Shown: positions 1-8,179 of the stretch, piece after piece
Position numbering within the stretch: the stretch's first letter is position 1
Layout: each line of letters opens with the position of its first letter
Assembly (NCBI GenBank): GCA_033856495.1
Contig: JAWVEW010000250.1
Coordinates: 1 to 32,892 of the forward strand
Length of the DNA: 32,892 nucleotides
DNA from: Miltoncostaeaceae bacterium
GTDB lineage: Bacteria > Actinomycetota > Thermoleophilia > Miltoncostaeales > Miltoncostaeaceae
Direction of reading: 5' to 3'
Notes under the pieces: generated by a model
Database searches by the model: none
Seen by the model: only the letters and a program-made list of their open reading frames with translations
What the model was told of the DNA's origin: nothing
Translations under genes and position numbers: made by a program

Positions 1-1690
1 CGTCCTGCCACGGCCCGGCGCGGACCTCGCTGACCGCGGCCACCTGCGGCAGCTGCCGCAGCCTGGTCGCGACATCAGGGCTCAGCCCCTCGAAGTTCTC
101 GCTGCTCACGACCAGGCCCGCGGTCACCGAGCCCTTCAGCGCGGCGCCGAGGGTCTCCTTGACCGAGGCGGCGAAGATGGTCACGAAGGTGACCAGGCCG
201 AGGCCGATCATCAGCGCCGCCGCGGTGGAGGCGGTGCGGCGCGGGTTGCGCATCGCGTTCTCGCGGCCCAGGCGGGAGGCGATGCCGAGCTTGCTGAGTG
301 GCCAGCCGATGACGCGCGCCACCGGGCGGGCGAAGAGCGGCGAGAGCGCGCCGATCCCGATGAAGACCAGCAGCGCTCCGGCGCCGACGAAGTACGCGGG
401 CTGGCTCACGCTCCCAGCGAGCCCCAGCAGGAGGGCGACCACGCCGAGGGCGGTCGCGGCGACGCCGATGACGGCCCGCCGCCAGACCGAGGCGGCCTCG
501 GGCAGCGCCGAGTCCCTGAGGGCCGCCATGGGCGACACGCGCGCGGCGCGCCGCGAGGGCCCGTAGGACGCCAGCAGCGTGATGGCGGTGCCCAGGAGGA
601 GCGAGATGACGACGGTGCCGGCGGTGATGCGCAGTCCCGCGCTGGGCAGCTGGGCGCCGATCGCGTCGAAGAGCCCGACCAGCCCCAGGGCCAGCCCGAT
701 GCCGGCGAAGAGCCCGATCACCGAGGACAGGAAGCCCACGATGAGCGCCTCGAGCCGCACCATCCGGGTCACCTGGCCCGGCGTCGCCCCCAGGGCGCGC
801 AGCAGCGCCAGCTCCCTGGTGCGCTGGGCCACGATGATCGAGAACGTGTTCACGATGATGAACGCGCCCACGAACAGCGCGATCGCCGCGAACACCAGCA
901 GCGCCGTGCGCAGGAAGCCGAGTCCCTGGTCGATGTCGGACTTGGCGTCCTTGGCCGCCTGGTCGCCGGTCACCACCTCGGCGGTCCCCGGCAGCACCCG
1001 GGAGATCCGGTCGCGCAGCTCCCCCTGCGTGACGCCCGAGCGGCCGGCTGCGTCGATCTCGTCGTACTGGCCGTCCCAGTGCAGCACCCGCTTGGCGGTC
1101 GCGTCCTCGAAGGCGGCGATCGTTGCGCCGCCGAGGCTGCTCCCGGTGCCGAAGGCGGCGATCCCGACCAGATCGAAGCTCTGGACGCCGCCGGGGAGCT
1201 CGATGCGGACCGACTGTCCGACGCGGAACTTGCCCTCCTTGACCGAGCTGGAGTCGAGCACCACGTCGTGCGGGCCCCGCGGCGGCCGGCCCTCCACGAT
1301 CTTGAGCGACGAGAGGCCGGGGTCGTCTGTCCACGGCTGCCCGAACACCGGCGGTCCGTTGCCGCCGATGCCCTTGCCGTTCGACTTCAGGATGCGCGCC
1401 GGCTCCTGGAAGAAGCCCTGGACCGCCCGCACGCCGTCGACCCCCGCGATCACCGGCACCAGGTTCCGGCCGACCGTTGCGTGGCCGGCGCCGCTGAAGG
1501 CCTCCTTGCCCCGGACGACCGCGTCGGTGCCGGCATATGCGCTCGTGAAGACGCTGTCGAAGGCGCGGGTGATGGAGTCGGTGACCATCAGCGTGCCGGC
1601 GACGAACGCGACGCCGATCACCACCGCCAGAGACGTCAGCGCCAGCCGCAGCCGGTGGGCGACGAGGCTCTTGAGCGTGGCCGCCAGCAT
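1..1690 (-). CDS. ABC transporter permease, FtsX/MacB-type (partial; C-terminal part lies beyond the window start)
   Basis: Not in the ORF track because it runs off the window edge. Hand translation of the minus strand from ATG at 1690 gives MLAATLKSLVAHRLRLALTSLAVVIGVAFVAGTLMVTDS... and later ...FIIVNTFSIIVAQRTRELALLRALGATPGQV.., typical of FtsX-domain permeases. The start overlaps the ATPase stop (TGATG at 1692-1688), implying translational coupling. Confidence 0.85.
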   Translation of the reverse strand, partial: MLAATLKSLVAHRLRLALTSLAVVIGVAFVAGTLMVTDSITRAFDSVFTSAYAGTDAVVRGKEAFSGAGHATVGRNLVPVIAGVDGVRAVQGFFQEPARILKSNGKGIGGNGPPVFGQPWTDDPGLSSLKIVEGRPPRGPHDVVLDSSSVKEGKFRVGQSVRIELPGGVQSFDLVGIAAFGTGSSLGGATIAAFEDATAKRVLHWDGQYDEIDAAGRSGVTQGELRDRISRVLPGTAEVVTGDQAAKDAKSDIDQGLGFLRTALLVFAAIALFVGAFIIVNTFSIIVAQRTRELALLRALGATPGQVTRMVRLEALIVGFLSSVIGLFAGIGLALGLVGLFDAIGAQLPSAGLRITAGTVVISLLLGTAITLLASYGPSRRAARVSPMAALRDSALPEAASVWRRAVIGVAATALGVVALLLGLAGSVSQPAYFVGAGALLVFIGIGALSPLFARPVARVIGWPLSKLGIASRLGRENAMRNPRRTASTAAALMIGLGLVTFVTIFAASVKETLGAALKGSVTAGLVVSSENFEGLSPDVATRLRQLPQVAAVSEVRAGPWQD

Positions 1691-2454
1691 CAGACGCCCA
1701 GCTTGGTCATGCGCTCCAGGATCGACTCGGCGTTCGGGTCCTCCAGCCGGTCGACGACGCGGCCGTCGTTGAGGAAGATCGCCTCGTCCGCATAGGTGGC
1801 CGCGACCGGGTCGTGGGTGACCATCACCACGGTCTGGCCGAACTCGTGGACGGCCGTGCGCAGGAAGCCGAGGAGCTCGGCGCTGGCGCGGGAGTCGAGG
1901 TTTCCGGTGGGCTCGTCGGCGAAGACGATCTCCGGGCGGCTGGCGAGCGCCCGCGCCACCGCGACCCGCTGCTGCTGCCCGCCCGAGAGCTCGGACGGGC
2001 GGTGGCGCAGCCGGTCGCGCAGCCCCAGCGTGTCGATGACCTGGTCCACCCAGGCCTGGTCGGGGCTGCGGCCGGCGATCGACATCGGCAGCAGCACGTT
2101 CTCGGTCACGTTGAGCGTGGGCACCAGGTTGAACGCCTGGAACACGAAGCCGACCTTGTCGCGCCTGAGCTGGGTCCGCGCCTTCTCGTCGAGCGACGAG
2201 AGCTCGACGGTGCCGAAGACGATGCGGCCCGAGGTGAGGGTGTCGAGCCCGGCCAGGCAGTGCATGAGCGTCGACTTGCCGGACCCCGAGGGGCCCATGA
2301 TCGCCGTGTAGCGGCCGGCTGCGAACGAGGCGTCGATCCCGTTGAGTGCGCGGACGGCCGCGTCGCCCTTTCCGTAGACCTTGACGGCGTCCTCGGCGCG
2401 GACGGCGATGCCGTTGCGGGCAGCGCCGTCACCGCTGGGCGCGGCTGTGGGCAT
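1690..2454 (-). CDS. ABC transporter ATP-binding protein (MacB/LolD-like)
   Basis: Track ORF of 254 aa. Walker A GPSGSGKST, signature LSGGQQQRVAVARAL, Walker B IVFADEPTGNLD, H-loop VMVTHD. AAGGAG Shine-Dalgarno (2466-2461) lies 7 nt upstream of the ATG. Confidence 0.95.
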   Translation of the reverse strand: MPTAAPSGDGAARNGIAVRAEDAVKVYGKGDAAVRALNGIDASFAAGRYTAIMGPSGSGKSTLMHCLAGLDTLTSGRIVFGTVELSSLDEKARTQLRRDKVGFVFQAFNLVPTLNVTENVLLPMSIAGRSPDQAWVDQVIDTLGLRDRLRHRPSELSGGQQQRVAVARALASRPEIVFADEPTGNLDSRASAELLGFLRTAVHEFGQTVVMVTHDPVAATYADEAIFLNDGRVVDRLEDPNAESILERMTKLGV

Positions 2455-2655
2455 GCGGTTCTCCTTCCTCGGGCTCCGGGCATCCGTCGCGCCGAAAACC
2501 GCCCGTCAACGGGCGCCTCGGCGGTCCGTCTGCTCCCGTCGTCGTCGGATCGCGCCTCCGGAAGGCCGATCCCTGTCCCGCTGGGTCGCGCGCATACGCT
2601 AGCGCTGATCGGCGTGCGCGCCAGCCCGGTGGGCCCCCGGTCTAGTCTGTCGCGC

Positions 2656-3192
2656 ATGGCCCTGCACCTCGTCCTGCTCCGCGGGATCAACGTCGGCTCA
2701 CACAACCGCCTCGCGATGCCCGCGCTCCGCGAGGCGCTCGAAGGCGCGGGCTTCGAGGACGTGCGGACCCACCTCCAGAGCGGGAACGTCCTGCTCACGA
2801 GCACCGCGTCGTCCAAACGCGTGGCGGCCGACTGCGAGAAGCTGATCCAGGCGCGTTTCGGGCTCGAGATCCCGGTCGTGGTGCGCTCGGGCCGGGAACT
2901 CGCCGCCGTCGTGCGGCGCGACCCGCTCGGCGAGGTCGCGGTCGATCCGAAGCGGTACCAGGTGAGCTTCCTGACCGCCAGGCCCGATGCCGGGGTCGAA
3001 GACCGGCTCTCGGCCGCCGCCGCCGCGAGTGAGCGGTTCGTCGTGGCCGGCCGCGAGATCTACGCCTGGCACCCCGACGGCATCGGCCGGTCGAAGCTGT
3101 GGGCGCTGCTCGCGGGGAAGGGGCTGGGGGTCACGGCGACCGCCCGGAACTGGACCACCGTCACGAAGCTGCTCGAGCTGGCGGGCGGGTAG
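2656..3192 (+). CDS. DUF1697 family protein
   Basis: 178-aa reading frame from ATG 2656, inside the longer track ORF 1813..3192. N-terminus MALHLVLLRGINVGSHNRLAMPALREALE... and ...ATARNWTTVTKLLEL match the DUF1697 pattern as I remember it. The part of the track ORF upstream of 2656 is antisense to the ABC ATPase. Confidence 0.8.
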   Translation: MALHLVLLRGINVGSHNRLAMPALREALEGAGFEDVRTHLQSGNVLLTSTASSKRVAADCEKLIQARFGLEIPVVVRSGRELAAVVRRDPLGEVAVDPKRYQVSFLTARPDAGVEDRLSAAAAASERFVVAGREIYAWHPDGIGRSKLWALLAGKGLGVTATARNWTTVTKLLELAGG

Positions 3193-3205
3193 CCGACACC
3201 GGCGT

Positions 3206-3901
3206 TCAGTCGCCGAAGAGCAGGGGCTCCAGCCCCACCGTGAGCCCGGGCCGGCGGCCGACCTCGCGCACCGCCAGCAGCACGCCCGGCATGAAGCTCT
3301 CGCGGGAGAGGGAGTCGTGGCGGATCGTGAGCGTCTCGCCCACCCCGCCCAGGATCACCTCCTGGTGGGCCACCAGGCCCGGCAGCCGCACCGAGTGGAT
3401 CGGCACCTCGCCGGCCATCAGGGCGGCCGTGCGGAGCGCCGTGCCCGAGGGCGCGTCCAGCTTGCGGTCGTGGTGCAGCTCGATGATCTCGGCCCGCGGC
3501 AGGTGGCGCGAGGCCTCGGCGGCGAAGCGCATCATCAGGACCGCCCCCACCGCGAAGTTGGGCGCGACGACCGCGTTCGCCGGTCCCCGCTCGGCGAGCT
3601 CGCGCAGCTCGGCGAGCTGCGGGGGGCTCAGCCCGGTCGTGCCGATCACCGCGTGGACCCCGGCGGCGAGGCACGCGCGCGCGTTCTCGAACACCACCGC
3701 CGGCTGGGTGAAGTCCACCATCACGTCGATCCCGCTGCCGGCCGCCGCGAGCGCCGCCGGGACGTCGGCGTAGGCGCCGCCGCCCGGCGCCAGCGCCGGG
3801 TCGGCCCGCCCGACCACCGCCATGTCCCGCTCGCCGCCGACGGCGGCCAGCACCGCCTGGCCCATCCGGCCGGCCGCGCCGGACACCAGCACGCCGATCA
3901 C
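3206..3901 (-). CDS. dapB: 4-hydroxy-tetrahydrodipicolinate reductase
   Basis: 231 aa. N-terminal GAAGRMG nucleotide-binding motif and the [15 protein letters not shown] signature typical of DapB. It follows the pnp-M16 peptidase genes, as in many Actinobacteria. Confidence 0.93.
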   Translation of the reverse strand: MIGVLVSGAAGRMGQAVLAAVGGERDMAVVGRADPALAPGGGAYADVPAALAAAGSGIDVMVDFTQPAVVFENARACLAAGVHAVIGTTGLSPPQLAELRELAERGPANAVVAPNFAVGAVLMMRFAAEASRHLPRAEIIELHHDRKLDAPSGTALRTAALMAGEVPIHSVRLPGLVAHQEVILGGVGETLTIRHDSLSRESFMPGVLLAVREVGRRPGLTVGLEPLLFGD

Positions 3902-3917
3902 GGGCGCCCCTGCCCCG

Positions 3918-5204
3918 TTACGCGCTCTCGGCGAGCGCCGGTGAGAGGCCCTCCATGCCGGACCGGACGGCGTCCGCGCTCGGCCCGATGGCGGCCGCGG
4001 AGAGCTGCTCGGGGTTCCAGTACTCCGCCGCGAGGGCCTGGACGTCCGCCGCCGTGACGGCCTCCACGCGCTCCACGACCTCGTCGACCGTCAGCAGCTC
4101 GGAGCCCGTGAGGACCGCCTTGCCGATGCGGTGCATGCGGGTGCCCGGGCTCTCCAGGCCGAGCACCAGCCGCCCCTTCAGGTGGTCCTTGGCGCGTCGG
4201 AGCTCCTCCGCGGGGAGGGTCTCCTCGGCCAGCCGGCGGACCTCGGTCGCGATCACGTCGCAGGCGCGGCGCAGGTTCTCCTCCCGGGTGCCGAGATAGA
4301 TGCCGACCTGTCCGGTGTCCGCGTAGCCGACCGTGTAGGACCCCACCGAGTACGCCAGGCCGCGCTTCTCGCGCACCTCCTGGAAGAGGCGGCTGCTCAT
4401 CGAGCCGCCGAGCACGGCGTCGAGGAGGGACTGGGCGTGGCGGCGGGGGTCGTTGCGGGTGAGGCCGGGGCCCCCGAGGCAGAGGTGGTACTGCTCCGTG
4501 GTCTTCTCCTTGACCACCAGCACCGGCGCGCCGGGGGCGGCGGGCTCGAAGGTCCGCGCATCGCCTGAGGTCCCGAGCGCCGAGAGGTCGCGCTCCGCCA
4601 GCGCGACCAGCGCGTCGTGGTCGACGCTCCCGGCCGCCGCGACCACCAGGTTGGGCGCCGTGTAGTGGCTGCTGTGGTAGGCCCGCATCCGGGACTCCGG
4701 GACCGCCTCGATGACCTGCGCGGTGCCGATCACCGGCCGCCCGAGCGCCTGGCCGGGGAAGACGGCGGTGTTGACCAGATCGTGCACCTGCTCCTGGGGA
4801 TCGTCCTCGTACATCGCGATCTCCTCGAGCACGACCTCCCGCTCCTGGTCGAGGTCGTAGAAGCCGGGCCGCTGGAGCATGTCCGTGATGACCGTGAAGG
4901 CCCGCTCCAGGTGCTCGTCCAGGACCCGCGTGTAGAGCACCGTGTAGTCCTTGCCGGTGGCGGCGTTGATCTCGCCGCCGAGGCCGTCGAAGAGCTCGGC
5001 GATCTCCTGGGCCGAGTGCGACGGCGTGCCCTTGAAGAGCATGTGCTCGATGAAGTGCGAGATGCCGGCCTGGTCCGCCCGCTCGAACCGCGAGCCGACG
5101 CCGATCCAGACCCCGAGCGCGAGCGAGCGAACGCCGGCGAGGGGCTCCGTGACGACCCGGAGCCCCGTGCTGGTCGTACCGAGGGTCTGCTCGACGCTGA
5201 CCAC
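3918..5204 (-). CDS. M16 (pitrilysin/insulinase) family zinc peptidase
   Basis: C-terminal 428 codons of track ORF 3918..7151. Contains the HxxEH zinc motif ([14 protein letters not shown]) and [13 protein letters not shown] at 5204 was chosen as the start because it is the first start codon downstream of the pnp stop at 5240. The upstream part of the track ORF overlaps pnp out of frame. Confidence 0.88.
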   Translation of the reverse strand: MVSVEQTLGTTSTGLRVVTEPLAGVRSLALGVWIGVGSRFERADQAGISHFIEHMLFKGTPSHSAQEIAELFDGLGGEINAATGKDYTVLYTRVLDEHLERAFTVITDMLQRPGFYDLDQEREVVLEEIAMYEDDPQEQVHDLVNTAVFPGQALGRPVIGTAQVIEAVPESRMRAYHSSHYTAPNLVVAAAGSVDHDALVALAERDLSALGTSGDARTFEPAAPGAPVLVVKEKTTEQYHLCLGGPGLTRNDPRRHAQSLLDAVLGGSMSSRLFQEVREKRGLAYSVGSYTVGYADTGQVGIYLGTREENLRRACDVIATEVRRLAEETLPAEELRRAKDHLKGRLVLGLESPGTRMHRIGKAVLTGSELLTVDEVVERVEAVTAADVQALAAEYWNPEQLSAAAIGPSADAVRSGMEGLSPALAESA

Positions 5205-5239
5205 GGGGCGGCCGGTCGCCGAGATTGCGGAGCGCCGGC

Positions 5240-7474
5240 TCAGGAGACGTCGTCCAGGGAGATGCGCCGGCGCCGGCGCGGACGGCTGCGTGCGCCGCCG
5301 CCGTTGGCGCCCACCTCGCCGCCATCCTCGCCCGGCGCGGCCGCCGCCGGCTCGGCCACGTCGTCGAGGTCGACGCCCAGGCGCTTCAGGCCGATGCGTC
5401 CGCGCAGCTTGTCGACCTCGACCACCTGCACGTCGACGGTGTCGCCGCGGTTCACGACGTCCTCCACCTTCTCCACGCGCCCGGGCGCGAGGGCCGAGAT
5501 GTGCAGCAGCCCGTCGACGCCCTTGGTGAGCTCCACGAAGGCGCCGAAGGTGGTGGTCTTGACGACCTTGGCGTTGAGGTAGGTGTCGCCCACCTCGACG
5601 TCCTTGGTCATGTTCCGGATCCGCTCGACGGCGGCGTCCGCCTTCGCGCCCTCGACGCCGTAGACCTTCACGGTGCCGTCGTCCTCGATCGAGATCTCGA
5701 CCTCGAACTCGGCCTCGAGGCCCCGGATCGTCTCCCCGCCCTTGCCGATGACCATGCCGATCTTCTCGGGGTCGATCTTGATGGCGGTGATGCGGGGCGC
5801 CCACGGCGAGAGGTCGGCGCGCGGCTCGGAGATCGCCTCCGCCATGATCCCGAGGATCTGGAGGCGTCCGGTGCGGGCCTGGGTCAGGGCGTCGCGCATG
5901 ATCTCGAAGGTGACGCCGCCGATCTTGATGTCCATCTGGAGGGCGGTGATGCCGCGCTCCGTGCCGGCGACCTTGAAGTCCATGTCGCCGAGGTGGTCCT
6001 CGTCGCCCTGGATGTCCGTGAGGATGATGTGGTCGTCGCCCTCCTTGATGAGCCCCATCGCGATGCCGGCCACCGGAGCCTTGATGTTCACGCCGGCGTC
6101 GAGCAGGGCGAGCGTCGATCCGCAGACCGACGCCATCGACGAGGAGCCGTTGCTCTCGAGCGTCTCGCTGACGAGGCGCAGCGTGTAGGGGAACTCCTCG
6201 TCGGAGGGGATCATGGGCAGCAGCGCCCGCTCGGCCAGCGCGCCGTGCCCGATGTCGCGCCGCTTCGGGCCGCGCATGAAGCCGGTCTCGCCGACGCTGA
6301 AGGGCGGGAAGTTGTAGTGGTGGATGTAGCGCTTGCTGGTCTCGAGGCCGAGGCCCTCGATGCGCTGGGCCTCCTTGGTGGTGCCGAGTGCCAGCAGCGT
6401 CATCACCTGGGTCTCGCCGCGGGTGAAGAGGCCCGACCCGTGCGTCCGGGGCGCCACGCCCACCTCGCAGGTCACCGGGCGCAGCTCGTCGGCCGCGCGA
6501 CCGTCGGGGCGGCGCTTGTCCACCGCGATCCGGTGGCGGATGATCGACTTCTCGACCGCCTCGAACGCGAGGTTGAAGGCCGCCACCTCGTCGCGCGACG
6601 GCTCCGGGCCCAGGACGGCCGGCAGCGCCTCGGCGCGCACGTCGGAGATCAGCTGGCGGCGCGCCAGCTTCGCCTCCTCCTGGGTGGCCTCCTCGAGGGC
6701 GGCCCCCACCTGCTCGCGCACCCGCTCCAGCAGGCCCGGGTCGACGGCGAGCGACGCGACCTCCCACTTGGGCTTGCCGGCCAGCTCGGCGAGCTGGCGC
6801 TGGGCCGCGCAGAGCTTGCGGATCTCCTCGTGGGCGAGCTCCAGCGCCTCGAGGACCGTCTCCTCGTCGACCTCGCCGGCGCCCGCCTCCACCATCGAGA
6901 TGGCGTCCTCGGTGCCGGCCACGATCAGGTCGAGCTCCGACTCCTCCAGCTCCTGGAGGGTCGGGTTGATGATGAACTCGTCGTTCGACAGCCCGATCCG
7001 CACGGCGCCGATGGGCCCCTGGAACGGCAGCTCCGACAGCATCAGCGCCGCGGACGCGCCGTTGATGCACAGGATGTCGAAGGCGTTGACCTGATCGGCC
7101 GAGAGCACGGTCGCGATGACCTGGGTCTCGTTGCGGTAGCCCTTGGGCCACAGCGGGCGGATCGGACGGTCCGTCATCCGGGCCGTCAGGATCGCCTTGT
7201 CGCTGGGGCGGCTCTCCCGCTTGATGAACCCGCCGGGGATCTTGCCGGCGGCGTACATCCGCTCCTCCACGTCCACCGTGAGCGGGAAGAAGTCAGCTCC
7301 CTCGCGCGCGTCGCGCGCGCCCACGGCGGTCACCAGCACCATGCTGTCGCCGCAGCGCGCGACCACCGCGCCGTTGGCCTGCTTCGCCAGCTTCCCGGTC
7401 TCGAAGGAGATCGGCTGACCGCCGACCTCGACCTCGACCCGGGTGGTGCCGCCTGCAATCGTCTCGTTCCTCAT
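5240..7474 (-). CDS. pnp: polyribonucleotide nucleotidyltransferase (PNPase)
   Basis: Full-length PNPase architecture: two RNase PH domains, KH, S1. Examples are ...GKLAKQANGAVV.., FPPFSVGETG, GSSSMASVCGSTLAL, KIGMVIGKGGETIRGL. ATG 7474 is preferred because GAGGA sits 4 nt upstream. The track start, GTG 7492, is the alternative. There is a roughly 55-aa C-terminal tail after S1. Confidence 0.95.
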   Translation of the reverse strand: MRNETIAGGTTRVEVEVGGQPISFETGKLAKQANGAVVARCGDSMVLVTAVGARDAREGADFFPLTVDVEERMYAAGKIPGGFIKRESRPSDKAILTARMTDRPIRPLWPKGYRNETQVIATVLSADQVNAFDILCINGASAALMLSELPFQGPIGAVRIGLSNDEFIINPTLQELEESELDLIVAGTEDAISMVEAGAGEVDEETVLEALELAHEEIRKLCAAQRQLAELAGKPKWEVASLAVDPGLLERVREQVGAALEEATQEEAKLARRQLISDVRAEALPAVLGPEPSRDEVAAFNLAFEAVEKSIIRHRIAVDKRRPDGRAADELRPVTCEVGVAPRTHGSGLFTRGETQVMTLLALGTTKEAQRIEGLGLETSKRYIHHYNFPPFSVGETGFMRGPKRRDIGHGALAERALLPMIPSDEEFPYTLRLVSETLESNGSSSMASVCGSTLALLDAGVNIKAPVAGIAMGLIKEGDDHIILTDIQGDEDHLGDMDFKVAGTERGITALQMDIKIGGVTFEIMRDALTQARTGRLQILGIMAEAISEPRADLSPWAPRITAIKIDPEKIGMVIGKGGETIRGLEAEFEVEISIEDDGTVKVYGVEGAKADAAVERIRNMTKDVEVGDTYLNAKVVKTTTFGAFVELTKGVDGLLHISALAPGRVEKVEDVVNRGDTVDVQVVEVDKLRGRIGLKRLGVDLDDVAEPAAAAPGEDGGEVGANGGGARSRPRRRRRISLDDVS

Positions 7475-7588
7475 CGTTCCTCGTCTGCCCACGCCGCTCG
7501 GCGGGGCGCTGTCGGGCCGTCGGCGTTCCGGCGGCGGTATGTGATCGTGCGCTGCTTCAGAGGTCTCCCAGGGCGGCGGGGCCCTCGC

Positions 7589-7855
7589 CTAGCGGCGGAG
7601 GCCCAGCGATCGGGTCAGCTCCCGGTACCCCTCCAGGTTGGTGCGCTGGAGGTAGTTCAGGAGTCGCCGACGTTGCCCCACCATCTGGAGCAGGCCACGA
7701 CGCGAGTGGTGATCCTTGCGATGGATCTTGAGGTGCTCGGTGAGCGTGTTGATGCGCTCGGTGAGGATGGCGACCTGCACCTGAGGTGAGCCGGTGTCGC
7801 TCTCGTGCCGGCGGTAGGCGGCCATCACGCCCTGCTTGCTTTCCTTCGTCAGCAT
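7589..7855 (-). CDS. rpsO: 30S ribosomal protein S15
   Basis: 88-aa product [69 protein letters not shown].. is classic S15. It is the internal ATG of track ORF 7589..8023. It lies directly upstream of pnp, the conserved rpsO-pnp arrangement. Confidence 0.95.
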   Translation of the reverse strand: MLTKESKQGVMAAYRRHESDTGSPQVQVAILTERINTLTEHLKIHRKDHHSRRGLLQMVGQRRRLLNYLQRTNLEGYRELTRSLGLRR

Positions 7856-8108
7856 CGCTCTTTCCGGATGGGGGTCGCGACGGTCCCGTTCGGGCGGGCC
7901 GCCTGGCTCGACGGACAGTTGACGCGCGAGGGCGGTGAGGCCACCGAAACGGCTCCGGAAAAGGAGCCATCTGGGCACCTTGCCGCGAGCCGGCACGCGT
8001 CGCTCGTCGAGCAGCCCTTGCACCCGACGTCGCGGGCGAGTCTATCAGAGCCGGTTTCCGGGTCCGGGCGGCGGTCCGGCGGGCGCGCCGGGGCGGCCGC
8101 GGGGCCGG

Positions 8109-8138
8109 TTGACCAGGAGCGAATCCGGACACTAGCGT
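8109..8138 (+). promoter_or_regulatory. candidate sigma-A type promoter for the MMPL gene
   Basis: TTGACC (8109-8114), an 18-nt spacer, then TAGCGT (8133-8138, TANNNT). It lies about 40 nt upstream of the GGGAGG SD (8170-8175) and ATG 8180. Sequence pattern only. Confidence 0.35.
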
Positions 8139-8179
8139 CCGGTCGGGGAAGCTCGACGGCATGTGTCCGGGAGGGACCG

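Noticed and set aside
5205-7151. Upstream two-thirds of the 1077-aa track ORF 3918..7151 (minus strand)
   Set aside because: It overlaps pnp out of frame, and its translation is Arg/Gly/Pro/Ala-rich noise typical of off-frames in GC-rich DNA. Only the last 428 codons (the M16 peptidase) look like protein.
8018-8048. TTGCAC ... TATCAG as a second plus-strand promoter in the rpsO/MMPL spacer
   Set aside because: The 19-nt spacer and a -10 ending in G make it weaker than the TTGACC/TAGCGT pair at 8109-8138. Not reported as a feature.
7805-8179. 125-residue N-terminal extension of the MMPL ORF from GTG 7805
   Set aside because: It overlaps the rpsO 5' end and leader and has no hydrophobic or conserved character. 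ATG 8180 has a GGGAGG SD at ideal spacing.
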